DNA of 7,312 nt from a virus (Duplodnaviria; Heunggongvirae; Uroviricota; Caudoviricetes). Of the stretch, positions 1-7,249 are shown piece by piece. The notes below the pieces were generated by a model. It saw nothing but the letters and a program-made list of their open reading frames with translations, ran no database searches and was not told the DNA's origin. The DNA lies in the IMG/VR virus record IMGVR_UViG_2663762886_000007. One strand, given 5' to 3'. Position 1 is the stretch's first letter; every line of letters begins with the position of its first letter. The translations under genes were made by a program, and so were the position numbers.

Positions 1-46
1 CTGGCGCACTGACGGTTTCATCGTGGGTGTCGGTTATAAGTTCTGA
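1..46 (+). CDS. lom: Lom (Ail/Lom/OmpX-family outer-membrane protein) C-terminal end, partial; gene continues upstream of the window
   Basis: Frame ending at TGA 44-46 encodes ...WRTDGFIVGVGYKF, identical to the C-terminus of the longer lom fragment at 1115..1516. Followed 28 bp later by a hairpin plus T-run. Whether the upstream lom is intact cannot be seen. Confidence 0.7.
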   Translation, partial: WRTDGFIVGVGYKF

Positions 47-73
47 TTAGCCAGGTAACACAGTGTTATGACA

Positions 74-99
74 GCCCGCCGGTTCAGGCGGGCTTTTTT
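74..99 (+). terminator. Rho-independent terminator downstream of lom (copy 1 of 3)
   Basis: GCCCGCC (74-80), loop GGTTCA, GGCGGGC (87-93), then TTTTTT (94-99). Perfect 7-bp GC-rich stem followed by a U-run. Confidence 0.7.
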
Positions 100-110
100 G
101 TGGGGTGAAT

Positions 111-1154
111 ATGGCAGTAAAGATTTCAGGTGTACTGAAAGACGGCACAGGAAAACCGGTACAGAACTGCACAATCCAGCTGAAAGCAAAACGTAACAGC
201 ACCACGGTGGTGGTGAACACGCTGGCCTCAGAAAATCCGGATGAAGCCGGGCGTTACAGCATGGACGTTGAGTACGGTCAGTACAGCGTTATTCTGTTGG
301 TGGAAGGATTCCCGCCGTCACATGCCGGGACCATCACCGTGTATGAAGATTCCCGACCCGGTACGCTGAATGATTTTCTCGGTGCCATGACGGAGGATGA
401 TGCCCGTCCGGAGGCTCTGCGCCGTTTTGAACTGATGGTGGAAGAGGTGGCGCGTAACGCGTCCGCGGTGGCACAGAACACGGCAGCCGCGAAGAAGTCA
501 GCCAGTGATGCCGGCACATCTGCCCGTGAGGCGGCAACCCATGCGACTGATGCTGCAGATTCAGCACGTGCAGCCAGCACGTCAGCCGGACAGGCCGCTT
601 CGTCGGCTCAGTCAGCGTCTTCCAGCGCAGGAACGGCATCAACAAAGGCCACTGAAGCCTCAAAAAGTGCTGCCGCTGCAGAGTCCTCAAAAAGCGCGGC
701 GGCTACCAGTGCCGGTGCGGCGAAAACGTTAGAAACGAATGCGGCAGCGTCACAACAATCAGCAGCCACTTCTGCATCCACCGCGACCACGAAAGCGTCA
801 GAAGCTGCCACCTCAGCCCGGGATGCGTCGGCTTCAAAAGAGGCGGCAAAATCATCAGAAACGAACGCATCATCAAGCGCCAGTAGCGCAGCTTCCTCGG
901 CGACGGCGGCTGCAAATTCTGCGAAGGCGGCCAAAACGTCCGAGACGAACGCCAGGTCTTCTGAAACGGCAGCGGGACAGAGTGCCTCAGCTGCGGCAGG
1001 CTCAAAAACAGCGGCTGCGTCGTCTGCCAGCGCCGCGTCAACAAGTGCCGGGCAGGCCTCAGCCAGTGCCACCGCCGCCGGAAAATCGGCAGAAAGCGCC
1101 GCATCATCCGCTAGACGTCATTCAGCTATGCAGGAGACAAGAATCGCCAGCTGA
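111..1154 (+). pseudogene. stf: Side tail fibre Stf, N-terminal fragment (copy A); stf sequence ends at about 1112 and the frame runs 14 codons into out-of-frame lom sequence before TGA
   Basis: ATG at 111 ([26 protein letters not shown]...) preceded by GGGGTG as a likely ribosome-binding site; the track's GTG at 105 is less likely the start. Nucleotides 111..1112 are near-identical to 2837..3838 of the full-length copy. After 1112 the sequence is lom-derived and the stf frame ends ...RRHSAMQETRIAS*. Confidence 0.7.
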
Positions 1155-1516
1155 CCCGTTACAGCGATACCCGCTGGCATGAAGATTCCGTTCGTAACCG
1201 CTGGTTCAGCGTGATGGCGGGGCCGTCTGTGCGCGTGAATGAATGGTTCAGCGCGTATGCGATGGCGGGTGTGGCTTACAGCCGTGTGTCGACTTTCTCC
1301 GGGGATTATCTCCGCGTAACTGACAACAAGGGGAAAACGCACGACGTGCTGACCGGAAGTGATGACGGTCGCCACAGCAACACGTCTCTGGCGTGGGGAG
1401 CTGGCGTGCAGTTTAACCCGACCGAATCCGTGGCCATTGATATTGCTTATGAAGGCTCCGGCAGTGGCGACTGGCGCACTGACGGTTTCATCGTGGGTGT
1501 CGGTTATAAGTTCTGA
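1115..1516 (+). pseudogene. lom: lom 3' fragment (about 134 codons) lacking its 5' end and start codon
   Basis: In the lom frame a TAG sits at 1112-1114, then TSFSYAGDKNRQLTRYSDTRWHEDSVRNRWFSVMAGPSVRVNEWFSAYAMAGVAYSRV...GSGSGDWRTDGFIVGVGYKF* to TGA 1514-1516. I recognise this as the C-terminal part of a Lom-type beta-barrel protein. The only in-frame starts are internal (GTG 1211, ATG 1214), with no obvious ribosome-binding site. Confidence 0.7.
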
Positions 1517-1543
1517 TTAGCCAGGTAACACAGTGTTATGACA

Positions 1544-1569
1544 GCCCGCCGGTTCAGGCGGGCTTTTTT
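1544..1569 (+). terminator. Rho-independent terminator downstream of lom (copy 2 of 3)
   Basis: Same GCCCGCC-GGTTCA-GGCGGGC-TTTTTT hairpin as at 74..99. Confidence 0.7.
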
Positions 1570-1580
1570 GTGGGGTGAAT

Positions 1581-2738
1581 ATGGCAGTAAAGATTTCAGG
1601 TGTACTGAAAGACGGCACAGGAAAACCGGTACAGAACTGCACAATCCAGCTGAAAGCAAAACGTAACAGCACCACGGTGGTGGTGAACACGCTGGCCTCA
1701 GAAAATCCGGATGAAGCCGGGCGTTACAGCATGGACGTTGAGTACGGTCAGTACAGCGTTATTCTGTTGGTGGAAGGATTCCCGCCGTCACATGCCGGGA
1801 CCATCACTGTGTATGAAGATTCCCGACCCGGTACGCTGAATGATTTTCTCGGTGCCATGACGGAGGATGATGCCCGTCCGGAGGCTCTGCGCCGTTTTGA
1901 ACTGATGGTGGAAGAGGTGGCGCGTAACGCGTCCGCGGTGGCACAGAACACGGCAGCCGCGAAGAAGTCAGCCAGTGATGCCGGCACATCTGCCCGTGAG
2001 GCGGCAACCCATGCGACTGATGCTGCAGGCTCAGCGCGTGCAGCCAGCACGTCAGCCGGACAGGCCGCGACTTCGGCTCAGGAGGCGTCTTCCAGCGCAG
2101 GAACGGCATCAACAAAGGCCACTGAAGCATCAAAAAGTGCTGCCGCTGCAGAGTCCTCAAAAAGCGCGGCGGCCACCAGTGCCGGTGCGGCGAAAACGTC
2201 AGAAACGAATGCTGCAGCGTCACAAAAATCAGCAGCCACTTCTGCATCCACTGCGACAACGAAAGCGTCAGAAGCCGCCACTTCAGCCAGAGATGCGGCG
2301 GCCTCCAAAGAGGCGGCAAAATCATCAGAAACGAACGCCTCCACAAGCGCCAGCAGTGCAGCCTCCTCGGCAACGGCGGCAGGAAATTCCGTGAAGGCGG
2401 CAAAAACGTCCGAGACGAATGCTAAGTCTTCTGAAACGGCAGCGGAACAGAGCGCCTCAGCTGCGGCAGACTCTGAGACAGCAGCTGCATCATCGGCCCG
2501 TGAGGCGTCCATTAAGGCAGAGGAGGCAGCAGTCAGTGCCACCGCCGCCGGAAAATCGGCAGAAAGCGCCGCATCATCCGCATGGTTCAGCGCGTATGCG
2601 ATGGCGGGTGTGGCTTACAGCCGTGTGTCGACTTTTTCCGGGGATTATATCCGCGTAACTGACAATAAGGGGAAAACGCACGATGTGCTGACCGGAAGTG
2701 ATGACGGTCGCCACAGCAACACGTCTCTGGCGCACTGA
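1581..2738 (+). pseudogene. stf: Stf N-terminal fragment (copy B) fused in frame to lom codons at 2581/2582, then frameshifted by an 83-bp deletion in the lom part
   Basis: ATG 1581. The stf-derived part 1581..2581 is identical to copy A over the first ~450 bp and diverges from copies A and C at many sites from about 2027. From 2582 the sequence is lom (WFSAYAMAGVAYSRVSTFSGDYIRVTDNKGKTHDVLTGSDDGRHSNTSLA) and the frame ends H-stop at TGA 2736-2738 just after the deletion point. Confidence 0.65.
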
Positions 2739-2772
2739 CGGTTTCATCGTGGGTGTCGGTTATAAATTCTGA
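2582..2772 (+). pseudogene. lom: lom 3' fragment (second, shorter) with an internal 83-bp deletion; a diverged lom allele
   Basis: Aligns to 1243..1516 of the longer lom fragment, with substitutions (for example L to I, AAG to AAA at the penultimate codon). The 83 bp corresponding to 1394..1476 are missing, bounded by the hexamer CTGGCG. The original lom stop is TGA 2770-2772. Confidence 0.6.
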
Positions 2773-2799
2773 TTAGCCAGGTAACACAGTGTTATGACA

Positions 2800-2825
2800 G
2801 CCCGCCGGTTCAGGCGGGCTTTTTT
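2800..2825 (+). terminator. Rho-independent terminator downstream of lom (copy 3 of 3)
   Basis: Same hairpin plus T-run as at 74..99 and 1544..1569. Confidence 0.7.
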
Positions 2826-2836
2826 GTGGGGTGAAT

Positions 2837-5800
2837 ATGGCAGTAAAGATTTCAGGTGTACTGAAAGACGGCACAGGAAAACCGGTACAGAACTGCACAA
2901 TCCAGCTGAAAGCAAAACGTAACAGCACCACGGTGGTGGTGAACACGCTGGCCTCAGAAAATCCGGATGAAGCCGGGCGTTACAGCATGGACGTTGAGTA
3001 CGGTCAGTACAGCGTTATTCTGTTGGTGGAAGGATTCCCGCCGTCACATGCCGGGACCATCACCGTGTATGAAGATTCCCGACCCGGTACGCTGAATGAT
3101 TTTCTCGGTGCCATGACGGAGGATGATGCCCGTCCGGAGGCACTGCGCCGTTTTGAGCTGATGGTGGAAGAGGTGGCGCGTAACGCGTCCGCGGTGGCAC
3201 AGAACACGGCAGCCGCGAAGAAATCAGCCAGCGATGCCAGCACATCAGCCCGTGAGGCGGCAACCCATGCGACTGATGCTGCAGATTCAGCACGTGCAGC
3301 CAGCACGTCAGCCGGACAGGCCGCTTCGTCGGCTCAGTCAGCGTCTTCCAGCGCAGGAACGGCATCAACAAAGGCCACTGAAGCCTCAAAAAGTGCTGCC
3401 GCTGCAGAGTCCTCAAAAAGCGCGGCGGCTACCAGTGCCGGTGCGGCGAAAACGTTAGAAACGAATGCGGCAGCGTCACAACAATCAGCAGCCACTTCTG
3501 CATCCACCGCGACCACGAAAGCGTCAGAAGCTGCCACCTCAGCCCGGGATGCGTCGGCTTCAAAAGAGGCGGCAAAATCATCAGAAACGAACGCATCATC
3601 AAGCGCCAGTAGCGCAGCTTCCTCGGCGACGGCGGCTGCAAATTCTGCGAAGGCGGCCAAAACGTCCGAGACGAACGCCAGGTCTTCTGAAACGGCAGCG
3701 GGACAGAGTGCCTCAGCTGCGGCAGGCTCAAAAACAGCGGCTGCGTCGTCTGCCAGCGCCGCGTCAACAAGTGCCGGGCAGGCCTCAGCCAGTGCCACCG
3801 CCGCCGGAAAATCGGCAGAAAGCGCCGCATCATCCGCTTCAACAGCCACAACGAAGGCTGGCGAAGCCACTGAACAGGCCAGCGCAGCAGCGAGGTCTGC
3901 TTCCGCAGCGAAGACATCCGAAACGAACGCGAAAGCGTCGGAAACCCGTGCAGAATCCTCAAAAACGGCTGCCGCATCGTCCGCCAGTTCGGCGGCGTCA
4001 TCGGCATCATCGGCGTCTGCTTCAAAAGATGAGGCGACCAGACAGGCGTCAGCAGCGAAGGGCAGCGCCACGACGGCATCCACGAAGGCGACAGAGGCTG
4101 CTGGTAGTGCGACGGCAGCAGCTCAGAGCAAAAGTACGGCGGAATCTGCAGCAACGCGCGCTGAGACAGCGGCAAAACGGGCAGAGGATATTGCATCCGC
4201 CGTGGCGCTTGAGGATGCGAGCACGACGAAAAAGGGGATAGTACAGCTCAGTAGTGCGACTAACAGCACTTCCGAGTCACTGGCGGCAACACCAAAAGCC
4301 GTTAAGGCCGCGTATGACCTGGCTAACGGGAAATACACCGCACAGGATGCAACGACAGCACAGAAAGGGATAATCCAGCTAAGCAGCGCGACCAACAGCA
4401 CGTCTGAAACGCTGGCGGCAACGCCAAAGGCAGTAAAAGCAGCCAATGACAATGCTGAGAAACGTCTGCAGAAAGATCAGAACGGTGCGGATATCCCTGG
4501 CAAAGACACCTTTACGAAAAATATTGGTGCCTGCCGTGCCTTCGGTGGGTCAGTAAGCACAACAACAGGAAACTGGACGACTGCACAGTTTATCGAGTGG
4601 CTGGATTCTCAGGGAGCATTTAACCATCCATACTGGATGTGCAAGGGTTCCTGGTCTTATGGCAATAATAAAATCATTACTGATACTGGCTGCGGTAATA
4701 TTCATCTCGCCGGAGCTGTCATTGAAGTAATGGGGATAAAGTCAGCGATGACGATCCGCATTACCACTCCGACCACATCCAGCGGTGGCGGAACAACCAA
4801 CGCCCAGTTTACCTATATTAATCACGGAACAGATTATTCACCTGGCTGGCGAAGGGACTATAACTCCAGAAATAAGCCAACGGCATCAGAGATCGGGGCG
4901 CTACCGTCAGGTGGAACAGCAGTATCATCAGTTAATCTGGCTTCAAAAGGTCGGGTAGCCGCGCTGACAGACAATACGCAGGGGGCAGCAGGTCTTGAGT
5001 TATACGAGGTGTATAACAACGGATATCCAACAGCGTATGGAAATATCATTCACCTGAAAGGGATGACAGCCGTTGGCGAAGGTGAGTTACTCATCGGCTG
5101 GAGTGGTACAAGCGGTGCTCATGCTCCGGCATTTATTCGTTCACGACGGGATACGACCGACGCAAACTGGTCGCCGTGGGCGCAGCTTTACACCTCGGCT
5201 CATCCTCCTGCAGAGTTTTATCCAGTCGGTGCACCAATCCCGTGGCCATCAGATACCGTTCCGTCTGGTTATGCCCTGATGCAGGGGCAGACTTTTGACA
5301 AATCTGCTTACCCGAAACTTGCAGCCGCTTATCCGTCAGGCGTGATCCCTGATATGCGTGGCTGGACGATTAAGGGCAAGCCCGCCAGTGGTCGTGCCGT
5401 ATTGTCTCAGGAACAGGATGGCATTAAATCGCACACCCACAGCGCCAGCGCATCCAGTACGGATTTGGGGACGAAAACCACATCGTCGTTTGATTACGGC
5501 ACTAAATCCACGAATAACACCGGGGCGCATACGCACAGTCTGAGCGGCTCTACAAGTTCAGCTGGGGCCCACCAACATAGTCAGACTGGGCCCAGAACGA
5601 ATAGCGGGAGTCAACCTACTGGAATGTTTCCGGCAGGGAGTACTCAAGTTAGCGGGACTAATCAGGTTGGTATCAGTGGCTCATTAACCAGTGGCACCTC
5701 CCAATGGGTAGGTAAATCATCTTCAGAAGGAAACCATACACACTCACTGTCCGGCACAGCAGCATCTGCGGGTGCACACGCGCATACTGTCGGTATTGGT

Positions 5801-5920
5801 GCTCATACGCACTCTGTTGCGATTGGTTCACATGGACACACCATCACCGTTAACGCTGCTGGTAACGCGGAAAACACCGTCAAAAACATCGCATTTAACT
5901 ATATTGTGAGGCTCGCATAA
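2837..5920 (+). CDS. stf: Side tail fibre protein Stf, full length (1027 aa)
   Basis: Long ORF starting [26 protein letters not shown]... with an Ala/Ser/Thr-rich repetitive shaft, a duplicated GI[VI][11 protein letters not shown][ST][11 protein letters not shown] motif, and a His-rich C-terminal region (HTHS, HQHS, HAHT, HGHT) ending ...[19 protein letters not shown] recognise this as lambda Stf-like. Stop TAA 5918-5920 overlaps the tfa ATG by 1 nt. Confidence 0.85.
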   Translation: MAVKISGVLKDGTGKPVQNCTIQLKAKRNSTTVVVNTLASENPDEAGRYSMDVEYGQYSVILLVEGFPPSHAGTITVYEDSRPGTLNDFLGAMTEDDARPEALRRFELMVEEVARNASAVAQNTAAAKKSASDASTSAREAATHATDAADSARAASTSAGQAASSAQSASSSAGTASTKATEASKSAAAAESSKSAAATSAGAAKTLETNAAASQQSAATSASTATTKASEAATSARDASASKEAAKSSETNASSSASSAASSATAAANSAKAAKTSETNARSSETAAGQSASAAAGSKTAAASSASAASTSAGQASASATAAGKSAESAASSASTATTKAGEATEQASAAARSASAAKTSETNAKASETRAESSKTAAASSASSAASSASSASASKDEATRQASAAKGSATTASTKATEAAGSATAAAQSKSTAESAATRAETAAKRAEDIASAVALEDASTTKKGIVQLSSATNSTSESLAATPKAVKAAYDLANGKYTAQDATTAQKGIIQLSSATNSTSETLAATPKAVKAANDNAEKRLQKDQNGADIPGKDTFTKNIGACRAFGGSVSTTTGNWTTAQFIEWLDSQGAFNHPYWMCKGSWSYGNNKIITDTGCGNIHLAGAVIEVMGIKSAMTIRITTPTTSSGGGTTNAQFTYINHGTDYSPGWRRDYNSRNKPTASEIGALPSGGTAVSSVNLASKGRVAALTDNTQGAAGLELYEVYNNGYPTAYGNIIHLKGMTAVGEGELLIGWSGTSGAHAPAFIRSRRDTTDANWSPWAQLYTSAHPPAEFYPVGAPIPWPSDTVPSGYALMQGQTFDKSAYPKLAAAYPSGVIPDMRGWTIKGKPASGRAVLSQEQDGIKSHTHSASASSTDLGTKTTSSFDYGTKSTNNTGAHTHSLSGSTSSAGAHQHSQTGPRTNSGSQPTGMFPAGSTQVSGTNQVGISGSLTSGTSQWVGKSSSEGNHTHSLSGTAASAGAHAHTVGIGAHTHSVAIGSHGHTITVNAAGNAENTVKNIAFNYIVRLA
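4235..4450 (+). repeat. Intragenic tandem duplication (period 132 bp, 44 codons) of a 28-aa motif inside stf
   Basis: 4235..4318 encodes [28 protein letters not shown] and 4367..4450 encodes [28 protein letters not shown]. The protein is conserved but many synonymous sites differ, so the duplication is old and under selection. Confidence 0.8.
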
Positions 5921-6501
5921 TGGCATTCAGAATGAGTGAACAAGCACGGACCATAAAAATTTATAACCTGCTGGCCGGAACTAATGAATTTATTGGTGAA
6001 GGTGACGCATATATTCCGCCTCATACAGGTCTGCCTGCAAACAGTACCGATATTGCACCGCCAGATATTCCGGCTGGTTTCGTGGCTGTTTTCAACAGTG
6101 ATGAGTCATCGTGGCATCTCGTTGAAGATCATCGGGGTAAAACGGTTTATGACGTGGCTTCCGGCGACGCGTTATTTATTTCTGAACTCGGCTCATTACC
6201 GGAAAATGTCACCTGGTTATCCCCGGAAGGGGAGTTTCAGAAGTGGAACGGCACAGCCTGGGTGAAGGATACGGAAGCAGAAAAACTGTTCCGGATCCGG
6301 GAGGCGGAAGAAACAAAAAACAGCCTGATGCAGGTAGCCAGTGAGCATATAGCGCCGCTTCAGGATGCTGTGGATCTGGAGATCGCAACGGAGAAAGAAA
6401 CCTTGTTGCTGGAAGCTTGGAAAAAGTATCGGGTGTTGCTGAACCGTGTTGATACATCAACTGCACCGGATATTGAATGGCCAGTAGCACCTATAGGGTA
6501 A
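5920..6501 (+). CDS. tfa: Tail fibre assembly protein Tfa (193 aa)
   Basis: [61 protein letters not shown]..., which I recognise as close to lambda Tfa (phage T4 gp38-like chaperone family). Translationally coupled to stf through TAATG, with GAGGCT about 8 nt upstream. Confidence 0.9.
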   Translation: MAFRMSEQARTIKIYNLLAGTNEFIGEGDAYIPPHTGLPANSTDIAPPDIPAGFVAVFNSDESSWHLVEDHRGKTVYDVASGDALFISELGSLPENVTWLSPEGEFQKWNGTAWVKDTEAEKLFRIREAEETKNSLMQVASEHIAPLQDAVDLEIATEKETLLLEAWKKYRVLLNRVDTSTAPDIEWPVAPIG

Positions 6502-6587
6502 ATTCGTAATGATTACCTAAATACGTTATTCTTTTGTTAAAAAAGTGATTTTGCTATAGGTAGGGAGTATGTTCTTGGATTAAGAAT

Positions 6588-6618
6588 AAAAAATCGCCAT
6601 GAAAGAGCTTCATGGCGA
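6588..6618 (-). terminator. Candidate rho-independent terminator for leftward (minus-strand) transcription
   Basis: Perfect inverted repeat CGCCATGAA (6595-6603), loop AGAGC, TTCATGGCG (6609-6617). On the minus strand the stem is followed by a U-run (complement of A-run 6588-6593). No minus-strand ORF is visible upstream of it in this window. Confidence 0.4.
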
Positions 6619-6947
6619 GTACATAAACGTACAAAATGTGATGAAAGTAGAGTGGCGTAAGCCACTATATTAAGATATGACAATAGCGAAGAAAAGTAAA
6701 TAACATTTTATGGACGTTTAATTGTTAATTATAAAAACTAGAGTGCCCGATATTGTTTATCTTGCTTTAAAATAATGTACTCAAACCAAATTTTTGAGCT
6801 AAAAGCTCAAATAATATAAATGCAATAATAATGTTTAATAAGACAATTAGCTTGCTTTGTATTTTCATTTCGGAATACTGTTAAGTAACTTTGATGACCC
6901 TAACAATAGATCGGAATTTTCTTAGAGTCAATGGTCACTGTTTTTGC

Positions 6948-6977
6948 TTGCAAAGCAAATGTTTTGGTGGTTATAAG
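6948..6977 (+). promoter_or_regulatory. Weak sigma70-like promoter candidate (TTGCAA - 17 bp - TTATAA)
   Basis: Hexamers at 6948-6953 and 6971-6976 with 17-bp spacing. Such matches occur by chance in AT-rich DNA, and it overlaps a small AT-rich hairpin (about 6943-6959). Confidence 0.15.
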
Positions 6978-7249
6978 TCGTCTTAATATAGTCACGCATG
7001 CAACTTGTTCCATGCGGAGATTAAAGATTGGAATATAACGCGAAGATGGAATTAAATTACATTTGCAATAATTAATTTATTATTACTCAATAATTACCGA
7101 TATTATTATTGTAAATTAATCATTAGAATGCAAAAAGAAATGTAACGGCAAAATAAGAGGACGATAGCTGAGAAAAAAGCGTGCTTTCCCAATCTGGGGC
7201 AAATCACGTCTGAATGACACCTGAAAACAGGTGGTAGCCTCAAGAAGGC

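Larger units (their letters stand above)
1..3838 (+). repeat. Direct tandem array of three units of [lom 3' end - terminator - stf 5' ~1 kb]; units 1..1470, 1471..2726 and 2727..3838
   Basis: Direct comparison: 1..1112 matches 1471..2581 and 2727..3838. Unit periods are 1470 and 1256 bp because the lom piece differs in length between units. Identity is near-perfect between units 1 and 3 and patchy for unit 2. Confidence 0.9.

Noticed and set aside
278-1182. Multiple overlapping ORFs in other frames and on the minus strand within stf copy A (278..580 -, 334..690 -, 505..732 +, 608..1072 -, 703..1107 -, 739..1182 +), with equivalents in copies B and C (for example 1804..2403 -, 1975..2394 +, 3334..4083 -, 3429..4196 -, 3465..4241 +, 4123..4452 -)
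   Set aside because: They lie entirely inside the GC-rich, Ala/Ser codon-repetitive stf shaft, which suppresses stop codons in other frames. Their translations are low-complexity Arg/Pro- or Ala/Asp-rich strings with no start-site context, so they are frame shadows of stf.
1118-1375. 85-aa minus-strand ORF antisense to the lom fragment
   Set aside because: It is antisense to a recognisable lom reading frame and lacks start-site context; most likely a chance ORF.
1-3838. Possibility that the repeated units are a CRISPR array or a diversity-generating retroelement template/variable repeat pair
   Set aside because: Units are 1.2-1.5 kb of protein-coding sequence, not 25-50 bp repeats with spacers. 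Differences between copies are not adenine-specific, and no reverse transcriptase is present in the window.
4858-6490. Short ORFs embedded in stf and tfa (4858..5049 -, 5073..5279 +, 5336..5536 -, 5358..5543 +, 5984..6265 +, 6209..6490 -)
   Set aside because: Each is fully contained within a much longer, well-supported gene and has no independent ribosome-binding site or recognisable product.
2837-6501. Invertible tail-fibre switch (G-segment, Min or Pin-type shufflon) with alternative fibre C-termini
   Set aside because: No invertase gene, no inverted repeats flanking the stf 3' end or tfa, and no second tfa or alternative C-terminal cassette on the opposite strand. The repeats are direct and involve the N-terminal part.
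6599-6673. 24-codon ORF (MKELHGEYINVQNVMKVEWRKPLY) as a real small protein
   Set aside because: No convincing Shine-Dalgarno sequence, it overlaps a terminator-like hairpin, and short ORFs are expected by chance in AT-rich DNA. Kept only as a note under the AT-rich tract finding.
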